Below are positions 49,631-62,690 of a DNA stretch of 64,000 bases, piece by piece. Each line of letters opens with the position of its first letter. Within the stretch, counting starts at the first letter, position 1. The notes below the pieces were generated by a model. It made no database searches and had not been told where the DNA came from. It was given only the letters and a program-made list of their open reading frames with translations. The translations under genes were made by a program, and so were the position numbers. The stretch lies in assembly GCA_965235115.1 (NCBI GenBank), contig OZ249451.1:12214001-12278000 (forward strand). The letters run 5' to 3'. The stretch is from Laetmonice hystrix (lineage: Eukaryota).

Positions 49631-50232
49631 ACACTTGATTTGCATGTGTTAATTCCAGCGGGATATCGTCGTACACCAGAAACACGTTGGTTTTAAGTTT
49701 ATCATTCCTTCCTGAGAAACACTAACGACATAATCATGTCTTAAGTTGACAATAACACCCTCATCACAATTAATAGTAGCATTCTCACCTTTTCTGTTCG
49801 ATTTTAGGTTATTTAAGTTTTGTGTGCTTAACCAGGACACCATCGTTGCTCTCAGTGTCAGTGTTAAGCATGGCAGTGTGACCCTCAACTGGGTTCCTGG
49901 CTTACTGTGTTTGATACTGCCCTACTGAATGTCATCATTCTATCCCTACCTATGTTATTATGTCATGTTGTTTAGTAAGTCAGTCTAGGCCTAGTGCTAG
50001 ATGTAGGGTGGAGTATTACCTTTACTGCACCCAAGAGAATTATAATTCAGAATGGCTTAACCAAGTGGGATATAACTAAAAGTGGGTATATAATACATGT
50101 ATAAAGCCTTCCCAACCTCAAATTAAAACTGGGAAAATTTGTTTTATAACTTTCCCGATAAGTAGAAGACAGATGGTGAAAGCACGTTCCAACTTAGGCC
50201 AGTGTAGGAGTAACAAATCACTACCCCGTATA

Positions 50233-50474
50233 AAATCACTCTAGAGTGTTCTGAACCTAGGACAATATCACACTAGAGTGTTCTGAACCTAGGATGAAAT
50301 CACTCTAGAGTGTTCTGAACCTAGAACAATATCACACTAGAGTGTTCTGAACCTAGGATGACATCACTCTAGAGTGTTCTGAACCTAGGATGAAATCACT
50401 CTATAGAGTGTTCTGAACCTAGAGCAATATCACTCTAGAGTGTTCTGAACCTAGGGACATATCACTCTAGAGTG
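50233..50474. repeat. 32-bp minisatellite, about 8 copies, most with palindrome CACTCTAGAGTG
   Basis: ATCAC[T/A]CTAGAGTGTTCTGAACCTAG units. Confidence 0.9.
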
Positions 50475-51543
50475 AAAAGTTAGGGTAGTGATTCGATCCT
50501 GCTACACATTCTTTGCCGAACCAAGCCAAAATGAAGTGGTCATTTTGAAGTAGTATATGAATCGGTGATTTAAAGGCGGCCAATTTTAACTTGAATCTTG
50601 GTGACATGTTGGACTAAAAGCTGCCATACTACGGGCAGAGGGATTCCTGCAGTGAACCCCCCTTGTATTGAGATCGTTTGCTCTTCCTCGGCATCATGGC
50701 CTGATGTGATTTAAACAAGGACATTGTATTTTTGGACTTTGAATGGGTAAAGGTGCCTGAACTGGTCAGTATTATATGCCGAATGTACATGATGTTACGG
50801 TATTCTGTACATGTGCGTTTTTCGTTGTCTGTTTCATTATCTGTCTGTCTGTCTGTCGGTCGGTCGGTATAATGTCTGTGTAATCCCTGTGGTATAGAAA
50901 CACCTGTAAGGGAGAAGTACAGGCTGATAATCCCTTTATCGGGGTCAGAGGTCATACTTTGAGTTGGCCTAATTGCCATGCTGTGTCTGAAGTTCTCCTG
51001 TATCATAATACCTTAATTTCGTTAGATCTATTTGCTACTTAGGGCTCGACACAAAAATCTCATGCAGATCTCTTGCTTGAGCCTTACACAAAATGTCATC
51101 GTGTACCCATGGCCTCATTAGAGTAAAATGTTTATATTATTTGTACATATACACGGAGACTTGGGCCCTGTTTATAAGATTGTTCAAACTAGAGTAAGAC
51201 AAAATTGGTAGTAAATGCGTTTACGTCATTTCCTTGTAATTGGACTTGATTGTAAACAGGGTCCACCTCTCAGCACAGAATCTGTAACTTGTACATACAG
51301 AACATATTGTTACAGCAGAGGTCACAGATAAAATATTGGGGGGGGGGGGGATTTTAATCAATGTCAACACTTCGAAAATACTGACTCTCTCAAAAAAATA
51401 CAAGATTGCCTTTTTGCGCAGGCCCTGTGCCTCTTATTATTTTTTCCTCTTACATTTAGTTATTGAGAATAATGATGGCATTATATCAGGTGTAGGTGAT
51501 TGAATATTTGTTTCATTTACCAGGGATGATATTTATGTTACAG

Positions 51544-51662
51544 CGGCAAGTAAAAAGATCACGGAGACGATTAAAACTATGACACCGTCTCCGAACACCA
51601 AGAACGTTACGTCAAAAGTCGGATCACTGTCCAACGCCAAACACAACCCTGGCGGCGGAAAC
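51544..51662 (+). CDS. Tubulin-binding repeat exon 1 (PNTKNVTSKVGSLSNAKHNPGGGN)
   Basis: Classic tau/MAP2 R1-like sequence; phase 1 to 0; AG/GT boundaries. Confidence 0.93.
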
Positions 51663-51777
51663 GTGAGTTCAACATGACTTTGAACTGAATCATTATGTAA
51701 TCATAGCTAGTACTCAATAAATAAAAATAAATTAAATTGATAAAAGATAAGGAATAATAGTTGTAGCTAAACAAGCT

Positions 51778-51907
51778 ATAAGCGATTTTAGCATTGCAAC
51801 CGCACGGTGCATTGTGGGATGGGTGGTGTGTTTTGGCTATCCAACGAACCATGACTCGCACGGCTTCCAAAGAAACCATGCGCACTCGCAATGCTAAAAT
51901 CGCTTAT
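51778..51907. mobile_element. Small inverted-repeat (MITE-like) element
   Basis: Perfect 20-bp inverted repeat ATAAGCGATTTTAGCATTGC (51778-51797) / GCAATGCTAAAATCGCTTAT (51888-51907). Confidence 0.6.
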
Positions 51908-52990
51908 TCGTGATGTGCAGCAGAGTTCATTCTGTACGAGTATCTGAGCTGTATAGATATAGTGTATGACTATTTTAGTAGCCGTTCGCGTGTTTTGTTT
52001 GTAGCAGTATTCATGCACCGGGACTGGCCAGTGTGGCGTTGACGTGGCCGCGACAAGGGCCTGGTCGCCATTATAGCATGGTGTCACTCGGGGCCCCCAA
52101 GCGGCAATCAAAATGAGTCATTTTGTGCGGCGACGAAAAAACTCGAACATTGCCGAAACAAGACTGCCAAAGGTTGCCAGAATGGATAACTCGGTTAGGG
52201 GAGCATTAAAACATCTTAGGGAATATTAATGTAGCACCATGGCCAGGTCCTAATCATAGTGATGTGCTGACATCCAGTCCTCATCTGTACCGTCATGAGG
52301 AGTTGACCTGCCGTCCCAGACAGGCCAGACATTCCCCGTCAATTTATATTCCGCCCCCTCCCCGGCCCAACACTAAGCCTAATCCCACTCTCTGGGCAGT
52401 AAGAGCATGGCGGTATTAAAGATAATGGAATCTAGGTCAGGGTCACGAGTATTCGGGGTCAAGGCCGATGGAGTGATGAATGACCTTAATATCTGTGTTT
52501 GAACAGACCGCTCGTGACCACGCCCCACCGCACACGTGTGTGAGCACACACGTGGGCGATCGTTAATTACGAGTATAAGGAGGTGATCAATATTGAACAA
52601 CCGCTGTGTCATACTAGAGTCCAATGAGCAGATTCCAACTTTCTAACTGATGGATATTGAACGTTCACAAAAAAGGAACATGCCCATTTGGCATCGCACT
52701 TCATTGATCAAACCTTACAGGAATATTATTCCTGGAACAGCAAACAGGCAAGGCACGGACTGTCATACCACAGCGACCTCTGGCGGTAGTGCCGAGATGG
52801 TCTGGAGGCGCTGTCCATATAGACAGTGATATCTCAGAACTGTATCGACGAACTCGTTTGAAATTTTACACATCAATCAGGGACGATCAGAGGATGATAC
52901 ACGCCAAACAAATATGTTATCCAATTTAAAATATCTTCATTATTATAATTATTATTCTGTGTTTATTCATGATCTTAATTTTTCTTCAAG

Positions 52991-53089
52991 GTGAGGATAG
53001 TTCACAAAAGCCAGGATTTGACGGGAGTCGCCGCCAAATGTGGGTCAACCGCTAACATCAAACACCAACCAGGTGGTGGAGTCAAAAAG
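52991..53089 (+). CDS. Tubulin-binding repeat exon 2 (VRIVHKSQDLTGVAAKCGSTANIKHQPGGGVKK)
   Basis: 99 nt, phase 0-0; resembles tau R2/R3 (KCGS). Confidence 0.93.
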
Positions 53090-53445
53090 GTCAGAGGTCA
53101 TACCTATCCTAGTGCTCATCTAAAAATAGATATAAGCAGCTACTTATTTTAGAAACATAACTGTAAAACAACATTAGTGTTTTTATACGTTTAATCAAGT
53201 ACTAGACAAGTTTGGGTCACCTGGTTTTAAGTAATATTTACCGGTATAATTAATATCTACATGGTAAAATTAGAAATTAAGAAAATGAAGGTATTAGGTG
53301 AGTGGCATCCTAACCTGCTTGCTTGTGTAACCCTCTGGAATAGAACTTTCCATTTGTAGAGAAACAGATGAAGTGGCTGCAATGAGGGCAGGTATTTTGA
53401 GCTGAAGAGGGTTAATACTCAGGTTAGGGGTCAATTTGTTTTCAG

Positions 53446-53535
53446 ATTGAAAGTCGGAAGTTAGACTGGAAGGTGGAGTCCCGCGTTGGGTCGATGAATA
53501 ATGCCACTCACAAACCTGGAGGTGGAGAGAAGAAG
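53446..53535 (+). CDS. Tubulin-binding repeat exon 3 (IESRKLDWKVESRVGSMNNATHKPGGGEKK)
   Basis: 90 nt, phase 0-0, AG/GT. Confidence 0.93.
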
Positions 53536-54340
53536 GTAACAGTTGAGACACTGGGTTCCTGACCCACCTTTAGTCTCACACACCTGTAGAATCGTACACA
53601 CCTGTACGTTCCTAGACTCTACATATCAGAGTTTGACAAACTCTCCATGAGGAGGATTTTAGTAATAGGGGAAACATTGATGATATTATGAAGTAGGTCT
53701 AACCAGTGACGGGTGCCTCCAGTGGAAATTAAGTGATTCCAAATTTCCCAGTGCTGAGATGCCTCGGTATATGACGTCATGGTAACTGATGTGTATTGTA
53801 AATGCTCCCCATGCTCCCGGACGATTAACACGCATGCCCAAGAAAATCCCCGTGTTGCAGTAGTTGGTAGAGACTGCCATCTGGTGTTGGCACTCGGAAC
53901 TACCTATTTTCCACCAACCCAAATCTGGCGACCAGGTGTTGTATATAGTGAGGGAAATTATGCTAATGTGGCTACATAAATGTGTCGCAAACATTTTCGT
54001 TATTTCCAGATTTATCTGCTATCCGACGATCGGAAATTAACGAAAAACTACTTAGCGAAATCCAAACAGAGAATTAGTGAGAGTTTAAACCCACCAATTA
54101 AGCCACACCCCTGACAATAACAAACGGCCCCACACTTATTTTTCGCAGTAACCACGCACTGTTTCCCCAAGTCCACATGGTCACAGAGCTACAATAATTT
54201 CCATAGATTTCACCTCAGTAATATTCCACTCTCCTGTTCTCCGACTTCTCTCTCTGGATTTGTCTCGTTGTGCCACCAGACGGCGCTGATGGTACTAATT
54301 CCTGTTTGTTCTCTGTGTTTACATTCTACCCAATGTACAG

Positions 54341-54430
54341 ATTGAGTCGCAGAAATTGGACTGGAAGGCCGAGTCCCGTATTGGTTCACTAAACAATGCC
54401 CAGTATAAACCTGGAGGCGGGGCGAAAAAG
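54341..54430 (+). CDS. Tubulin-binding repeat exon 4 (IESQKLDWKAESRIGSLNNAQYKPGGGAKK)
   Basis: 90 nt, phase 0-0, AG/GT. Confidence 0.93.
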
Positions 54431-54910
54431 GTGAGGCAAGAATCGAAACACGGGATCCCATTGGTCAGCTGGTGGAAAGTAGGTCAGCCTTGGTGGCGGC
54501 TAACATCAAAGGAAAATTGTCTCGGTCGGTTTATAATGGTATTGAGGGCAATACAATTATTTCAGGTTAGAAGGGCTCCTTTCTTTAAGAGAATAATTTC
54601 TATCAGTTCAAAAGGGCACCTGCTTGTCAAAAATACACTTTTTGCTGAATTACTGGAGGTTTTTTTTAAAAAGATTCTACAACTTCAGACTTGGTTGTTT
54701 TGAGGTTTTAAAAACAGCATCAAGATTGTGTTTAGAATGACATGGTAGGCCTACAATGTGTATTGTGAGGAATGTTAAATGAAAGAGAGTGAACTGTCAG
54801 CGCTTGTTAGAGGAGAAGGTAGTGTATCAACTGTAACAATCTTGACGCGGTATCATGCCATGACAATGAGACGTAACAACGTGACGTGACAGTTTTCCCA
54901 GACATTAATG

Positions 54911-55030
54911 TCTAAAACAAAATTTATTTTGTCTGAGACAAAATTTATTTTGTCCGAGACAAAAATTATTTTGTCTGAGACAAAAATTATTTTTGCCTCG
55001 GACAAAATAAATTTTGTCTCAGACAAAATT
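54911..55030. repeat. 20-bp repeat array that inverts (fold-back)
   Basis: AAATTTATTTTGTC[T/C]GAGAC units followed by their reverse complement TCGGACAAAATAAATTTTGTCTCAGACAAAATT. Confidence 0.8.
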
Positions 55031-55322
55031 ACTTCAATTTTCGCTTCCTTAACACTCGTCTAAACAACAGGTGTCGCCAGTAAGTGTTCATTTATCTCGC
55101 TCCAACCGTGACGTGGGGATAAATCCACGAGATCCAGGTGACCACGTGACCGGCCAACTTCTGTACCTTACTCTCCTCTCTCTCCTTTTACAGGGGATAT
55201 CGTAGGAGCCGCTTCTTGAACACATATCACCTTTTGTATCAAACTTGGCTCTGCATCTATTCAATTTAACCTGGATATCAAGATCAGTGAATTAATATTT
55301 TGCATGTCTGTTTTGATGACAG

Positions 55323-55412
55323 ATCGAGAGCCGTAAACTAGAGTGGAATGTAGAGTCAAAAGTTGGGTCTCTAGAAAAAGCGGATTATAAACCCGGAGGT
55401 GGCGATAAAAAG
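55323..55412 (+). CDS. Tubulin-binding repeat exon 5 (IESRKLEWNVESKVGSLEKADYKPGGGDKK)
   Basis: 90 nt, phase 0-0, AG/GT. Confidence 0.93.
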
Positions 55413-57098
55413 GTATCAGTCCTCATGCAGAATGCCTTGTCGTAGTTTCCATTACTCTGCCCCAACTGTTTCTCACCTTTTTCTGCGTCATGAACTAGTT
55501 TGATTGTTTTATATTCTACTCAGTAAATAATTGTAATGATTTTCTATCTGAATAAACATTTACCCATGATTAGGAATGATACAATATCACATGCCTGATT
55601 CTGCATGACGCACATTTAAAGTATTTCTTCGATCTAAAAAATAATAAAAAGGATAAATATGGTGCATAATAAATCTCTGTAGGCCGCTGCTAATGTAATA
55701 TTGTACTGTGAGTGGAAGTACAATTTACATTTATCAGCTTTACAGAAGATAACATCTGCATTAGTGGTATAGAAACGCTTATAGTATTTCTATAAATGCT
55801 AATAGTGGTATCTCAGAACCTTTCTATCCCTTAGTGGTAATTATGTATCCCTCTAGCTGTTGTTGGTAACCGGCCGGTCAATCTATACGTTATTAGTTGC
55901 GTCATTCAGTAGTGAAAAAGTGCCCCCTCTCCCATCTCTCTCTTTGAGATTACCAGTTACTTGTACAGATCTTGCATTTGGGTAGTTAGTATATTTTCAT
56001 ACGTTCCTGTCGTCTTTGATGTCGATGTAGATTTTGCAGTATTTATCGAGTGTACCTCGTTGTCCTGATTTCCATTTAAATAGTATATATTGTTAAGTAT
56101 AAAATTTGTAGGGGTCTTATTTCTTAAGTCGTTATTACTTGACCATAGCTGTGTTAGTCAATTATTATCATAATTACGTCATTCTATCATGATGAATTGA
56201 GAGCGTGATGCATTTACCTGCTAAGGCCAGGGATTCGCTGTTGTCCACATTTAACATCTGCCAAGTAAGGTTGGCCTAGTAGACATGTTGCTGTTACTAT
56301 AATATTTGATGTAATTGGTAATGCCACAATTTAATACAAGTGCATGGCTGCATCGGAAAGACTTAGATTCGAAGAGCCGTGTACATGTAATAGTAGATGA
56401 GCTTGTGAATATCAGGGTCATCATGACACCACGTGAGATGACGTCACATTACAGTAACCTCACATTGCGTCACATTAGGATGACGTCACATTTCGTCACA
56501 TTACGGAAGCCTATAGTGTACCACAATGGTGAAGCTCTCACACACTGAATGAAATCGCCCAGACGAGGTCACCCTATATAGCCAACATACTTTGGCTACA
56601 TGAGGTGACCTCGGCAAGGCTTGCCTGGCTGCAGTTAGACTGATATTCATTGCCTTTACGGCGGAATATCTGTAGAGTAGGTGAATGACACCACACCTCT
56701 GAATTTTTTATAGACCTACTGATACATAACCTAATAGGGCCAGCCAAAAAAAACGCTCCCATAAGTTTGATGATGGAATGATAATGTGGCTACTTCTAGT
56801 GATATTCAAGGTTAATGTGCAAATATGCCTCACTTCAGATTCTTAGGATATAATAGAGATTTGTTAATTTTCTTTCATTGCCATGTAATACATTTCAGTG
56901 CAATGAATTTACTGTAACCAGATAGAATGAAGGTTGCCACTTAGAATTCAACCATTGCAAATTTAATAATGCTGACAATTGTATTTTTACAGATTATTTT
57001 GATGATAATACATGTCGTGGATGGCAATAATAAATTGAGGGTTAATGATTTTCTCTAATGGGTGGCATTCTCTGTGTGTTTTCTGTGTTTGATGGCAG

Positions 57099-57188
57099 AT
57101 TGAGAGCCATAGGCTCGACTGGAATGTAGAATCCAAGGTCGGGTCACTAGAAAAAGCGGATCATAAACCTGGAGGTGGCGAAAAAAAG
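57099..57188 (+). CDS. Tubulin-binding repeat exon 6 (IESHRLDWNVESKVGSLEKADHKPGGGEKK)
   Basis: 90 nt, phase 0-0, AG/GT. Confidence 0.93.
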
Positions 57189-58227
57189 GTACCCGAGGTT
57201 GAGCATCTTATTCTCAACTTCCGCTCTTTCGTCTCCTTTCTGAGCATTATGTGAACCCTCGTGTTGTGAAAGTGATAGTCGAGCGCTGAGCGGGAGGACG
57301 GAGATGAAGTAAGGCACGAGCATGTAAGATAGAGTAGGCCTATTCCAGTTATCTTTGGGCCTTTTAACGCTGCAGCCTATGTTGTATACTGGTTTAGTGG
57401 TGTATTCTGAATTTATTTGTTTTACGAAGTCGGTAATCCGTTCAGAAACACAAACATGATCCGACTACCTGTGACAGGCTGTTATCGCAGCGGTAAACTT
57501 GCAAGAAAGGAATATCTCGGGAACTGAGCTTCAACTTAATCAGGAGGTTAATGAAACAGTTATTGTGGTCAAAGACACACACTAAGGCACAACCTCCAAC
57601 GATTCGATTTTTATTCCTCATTATAAGGTTCTGAATAACGAATGAAACTTTCTGCTTGCTATATTCTCAGATCGCAGTTGTTTCAATGATTTTGCCTTGG
57701 AGTTATTAAATTTCACACCAATTGTTGCGGAATGCTCTCTTTACGATGTCTTTAATTGTTTCACGTAAATCACAAAGTGTTCTTTTCGACGAATGTTGAA
57801 TTTTGATCACTCAGCCGCATAAATCTTGACCTAGAAGTGACCTCTAATTCCGCTTTGAATCTCACAGCAAATGATCTCAAACTTGAGACACAGTCCCATT
57901 CTTTTTGGACATGTGTGCAGTCAGTCCCAGTTTGCCGCCTTTAATATGAATGGCGGACAACAAAGCAAAATAGAAAAGGTAAAATAGATGTGGAGATGGA
58001 TACGCATGTAGTATGTGTCCCAGAATTAGTAGATGGTATTCTATTCTTCCAGGTTATTTCATCAAGTTGACAGAACTCGGTATTTGAGCTCCAAACATGA
58101 AGTTTTCCTTTCTTCACAGATCCTAGCTGTTACTCCTTCGTGCGGTTGTCTCTCTGTGCCCCTTTCGCAATTATTGCTCTATAATTCGGAATGAAAGTAC
58201 AACGTCATTTGTTTTGAATTGTAATAG

Positions 58228-58317
58228 ATCGAGAGTCACAAAGTTGGCTGGAACGCAACGTCTAGAGTCGGGTCTCTAGAAAAAGCGGATCACAAACCAG
58301 GTGGTGGTACAAAAAAG
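58228..58317 (+). CDS. Tubulin-binding repeat exon 7 (IESHKVGWNATSRVGSLEKADHKPGGGTKK)
   Basis: 90 nt, phase 0-0, AG/GT. Confidence 0.93.
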
Positions 58318-59524
58318 GTAGAGAACAACCTCTCTGTCCTTTCCTGATCCGGATTATGTAGTTCCTTGTTCTGTGTTACGATAGAACCCTGTTTGTTACT
58401 TCCTAAAACGTCGTTGAGTTGTGATGTCATGTTTTTGGTGTGTTTTTTTAACGAAAAATAAACGAAGACGTCTTAAATCATGGAAAATATACGAAACAAA
58501 CGAAAGGGTCTTAAAGACCAGGCTTTGGCCAGCTCTTAGAAACGAGTTGGGGAAAAAATCGGAAAGACAAATTTAACAAATTGTGCTTCCCAAGAAAAAA
58601 AAAGGTCGCTGACACTTCGGTATTGCGACGTCAAAAGTTCAGCTTCGAAAATCCCACGAAGGTTTCTCTTGCTCTATGTCTTGAACGACTCGTGGCTACA
58701 GTCCCATTGTCAGGGTAGATAGTTTACAACATCGACCATCACTGACTAGTATTCCTGGAACAACTGACGTACAGTACGCACTTCATTCATGGAATTCCAA
58801 TTGTGCGACTCTCCTGTCCCGTTTGAACCTTGCGGAGGCTGCCCTCCCTGGACAGTAGTGACAAGCTGTCAAACAGTCACTGCCTACTCGTTATCCACTA
58901 AATGTTTATGACCCAAGTAAGATGTTTCGTTCTCTGAGCCTCACTAGTTTCACATACGGTGTCATGGGTCATTTGCATGGGCGTCTCGATGATGTCATGG
59001 TTGTGTCTCGTTATAAACTAAGTCATGTTCTCTCGTTTTATCTCTTACAATATCACTGCACACCCTTGCATGTGGCACATTTTCAACATCATTGTTCCCT
59101 CCACCGACACCACTGGAAATGTTTACGTTTCCACATTGACATATTTGTATTTCAGGTACTGCACGAACAAAATAATGTTGTTTCCATGGTCTTGATTGCC
59201 TCGGTTGGTGTTGAGGACCTGTATTTTGAAGTAGTACACTAGTCTCTCACTTTGGTACCACGGTAAACGTTTCAAGTGAACCAAGAATGTAACTTATTAT
59301 TTATTCAAAAAGAGTACCTTTTCCAAAGAAAAAAACGGAAATACAAAGGAAAGTGTTGTCTTTGACCATAACCAGAGTGAGATTTAGTAGTGGCATTTCT
59401 AAGACTTCAAACTTCACGTTTTACCCCTGTTTTTAATCGCCATCTATAGACAAGTCGGAACTGCTCACTTCACTGTTACATCTTGGACGTAACCGTTGAC
59501 ATATTGTGTGTTTTGTTTGTTTAG

Positions 59525-59620
59525 ATCGAGAGCCACAAAGTTGCTTTCCGGGAAAAGGCGACCTCCAAGGTGGGATCAACCAAGAACCTCAAACACCAGG
59601 CTGGAGGAGGCACGAAGAAG
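59525..59620 (+). CDS. Tubulin-binding repeat exon 8 (IESHKVAFREKATSKVGSTKNLKHQAGGGTKK)
   Basis: 96 nt, phase 0-0, AG/GT. Confidence 0.93.
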
Positions 59621-59817
59621 GTAACGGCAAATGTTCCCCTTGGATCCTGACAGATCCGACCTGAAGCCGTGTATACAGGCCAAGAATCTGTCCATACGTA
59701 TACTTTGGAGTAAAGGATTAGATTCCGTGGGTCAGTGTGAGATTGTCTTAGGTTGTATGTATCAACAGTATCATTCATGGGATCAATCCCTGTGATGAAT
59801 TCATGAATCAATTCCAG

Positions 59818-59913
59818 ATTGAGACGCACAAGATCGAGTTCCGCGAGAAGGCCGCTCCCAAAGTTGGCTCCACGAAAAACCTTGACCACCAACCTGGAGG
59901 AGGAGATAAACAG
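59818..59913 (+). CDS. Tubulin-binding repeat exon 9 (IETHKIEFREKAAPKVGSTKNLDHQPGGGDKQ)
   Basis: 96 nt, phase 0-0, AG/GT. Confidence 0.93.
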
Positions 59914-60187
59914 GTAGGAGCCACTACTACTGCTCTCAGACACCAGGTGGCGCCACTGAGGGGGACCCTTGATGGCCCAAGTCGAGGTCTGGCCGTGACG
60001 TCACCAAAGGAGCGATAATAAAGGTTTATTCCGTCCAGAAACAATAGAATTATAAACAGCGTTTCTCGCCTAGTTGATGACGTGACGGCCCTGCTCTTAA
60101 CCCTCTCATGTGAGTGTCAGTTCAGCCATGTTTGATGTAGCCATTTAATGTGCATGACCCTAATGCCCTGTTTTGTTTGGCCCTTAG

Positions 60188-60283
60188 ATTGAGACTCACA
60201 AAGTGGACTTCCGTGACAAGGCCGAGCCTAAAGTTGGTTCGACCGCCAACTTGGAACACCAGGCCACTGGTGGCGACATCAAA
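60188..60283 (+). CDS. Tubulin-binding repeat exon 10 (IETHKVDFRDKAEPKVGSTANLEHQATGGDIK)
   Basis: 96 nt, phase 0-0, AG/GT. Confidence 0.92.
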
Positions 60284-60885
60284 GTAGGTCGTCAACCCGT
60301 TACAACACAAGATTGCCGCTTTTGAACGATTACATTCTGTTATTGCGGGAAAAGGGAATTAACCATGTTTTGGGTCACGTGTTTGTTTCAATGTCATACA
60401 CTGGCCCAAGTACATACGTTTTATTTGCACACTATTCGTATATCGGAGGTAAACGAATGACTGGCATTGTATGGTATAATGCAATCTAGCAATCACATAA
60501 ATTTAATGATACATGTATATATTACTTAATTATTCTTTTATTTTTTATTTCGTTTTATTTGTTGTTGTGTAGCATGTTGTAGGCCTATTAGATAGAAATC
60601 TACAGCGAGTAACCCGGTGAGGCGTCTATTATTACTGAGCACCTTTCCTATGAGAGGCCTCCTTCCTTTTCAAGGTCTCTGTATAAAATCCGATTACAGT
60701 AATGATTGCCGTATACGTGTTCAAAGTTAGGCCTAATATTACGTCATAGGCCTATATCTATATCTCTACACTGGTGAGTGCAGTTTGCCGTGCAGTAGAG
60801 CTTATAGTTACCAATAATAGGGACTTCTTACACACTTAAGGTACTTAGACAAACGCGAATACAATAGGGATATTGTGTTGAAGTT

Positions 60886-60996
60886 CTCTCTCTCTCTTCT
60901 CTTCTCTCTCTCTCTCTCTCTCTGTCTCTCTGTCTCTCTCTGTCTCTCTCTCTCTCCCTCACTCACCCACCCTCTCTCTCCCCCTCTCTTTCTCTC
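60886..60996. repeat. CT-rich compound microsatellite
   Basis: Direct observation. Confidence 0.9.
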
Positions 60997-62690
60997 TAAA
61001 TACAGTTACGCACATTCTATGCCTTAGATGTCATCTGAAGTATTTATATAAAGTATTTGGTGTCAACCACACATAGATCTAACTGAGAGTCATAGGCCTA
61101 CGTCGGAGTTTGGATACATGCATTATGGGTGGAGTGGAAGGGCGATAGGATTATAACATAGAGAGCTGCAGCACACTGAGCTTACCTTAGTTCAAGTCAC
61201 GGAGGTCATAGGCTTGACACCGCTTGAGGATTAGAATACAACTTACAACTAATCAATCCATGTGGGATCCGTTTTTTGACGTAGGGATCTACTACTATAC
61301 TTACAAACTACCCTATATATACGCCGGTATATCTTGTATACCGGTACACACAGCTGGCAGAGACCGACGGTCCGGTCCGGATATCTTAACGTTCCATCGC
61401 AAAACTCACCCCTGGAAACCACGGCTGACACCAACACCACCTTATGGCTTGAAGCCATACCTGAGGGTGACCAGAAACCCGGAGAATCTTTGACCAGTCC
61501 AGCTCCAGGTTCATCTGCAACCACAGACTCGGCCGAGTTTTATGTCACCAGCAGTTCAACGTACAATAACGTACAAAACTCTGTAGCCATGAGAAATCTC
61601 TGCTGCTGCATGGACTTGCTGCTGAACGTTCGTCAACAAGCAGGATTCTGATTAGGCCGAGATATCCTCTAATCGCGGTTCGAGGTTTTCCCAGTCACCA
61701 GAAGAAAAATCAAGTTTCAATCATTTCAAAAAGAGCGCAGACTGAAAAGAAAGACGCAGGCCTACCTGTTTTGCGAGTTGTGTCTAGCCAGCGTTACCAT
61801 GGAGAGGAGGTCACTGGCGTTCCCCGTTACGTTACCTCGCGAGGGCAGACCGCTGAGTCTGCAGGCGAGAGTCTACCGCCTAAATCAGCTCCAGCTGAGA
61901 GGAGACGCTCACAACAAGAAATATACCATCATCACAGGTCAGCTAGACGCTGACCCTGATCAGATGGTTCAGGCACTGACGCCGGAGTCGCGTAATCCAC
62001 CTTGTCGGCCATTAGCAGTAAGGGACGCCAACACTGAGGTGTAGTTTCAGAATTTTGTTTCCACTTTTTTTTATTTATTCTATACTCGATGTTTTCATAG
62101 ACAAGCCGTGCGTCCCATAGAGACATATCTACGGTGAGATAAGCAGCCTGAAACCATAACAAAAGATAACCTAGTTAAATTCCAGTTGGACTTTTACTTC
62201 CCATAAATCCTTCACTCCAGCAATAGTGCGTTTATTCGACAGAAGATCTCGGCTTGCAGCAAGCACGCCAATATTTACCTGCAGGCCTACATTATGATGT
62301 AAAAGATTACATGTGATATTAATGGCTCAAACTGAGTGGCATTTACCCTTATTAGGTGAACTGTTGAAGGAAAATTAAACACTGAATGGTTGTCACTGTC
62401 GGTGTTGGTCATTGTGATTTAAACTGCAGCACGTCAGTGTGTTGGCCGTTGTTACATGTCCAAGTTTACAGTATTGATTCACCACCGCGGGGACAAGTGT
62501 TGGAATGCAGAATTCACTCGTGCCACGGGTTGACTGTTTACCACCACGGTGGAGACCATGTCGAAGTGGCCAGAGGTTGACGTGATTTACGAGGGAACAG
62601 ACAGAGACTGAAGTGCTCGTCAGCTCTGTCATGCGTCGCTAACTTACTGTCAGTCTCAGGGTTGTTACGTTGCGAAAGTTGAGGCACTGG

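Noticed and set aside
57925-57978. Possible 54-nt phase 0-0 microexon SQFAAFNMNGGQQSKIEK
   Set aside because: Weak splice signals and no repeat homology; cannot be supported from sequence alone.
61334-62044. ORFs of 105 and 88 aa between repeat exon 10 and the multi-repeat block
   Set aside because: No recognisable domain, no convincing splice boundaries; possibly a decayed insertion.
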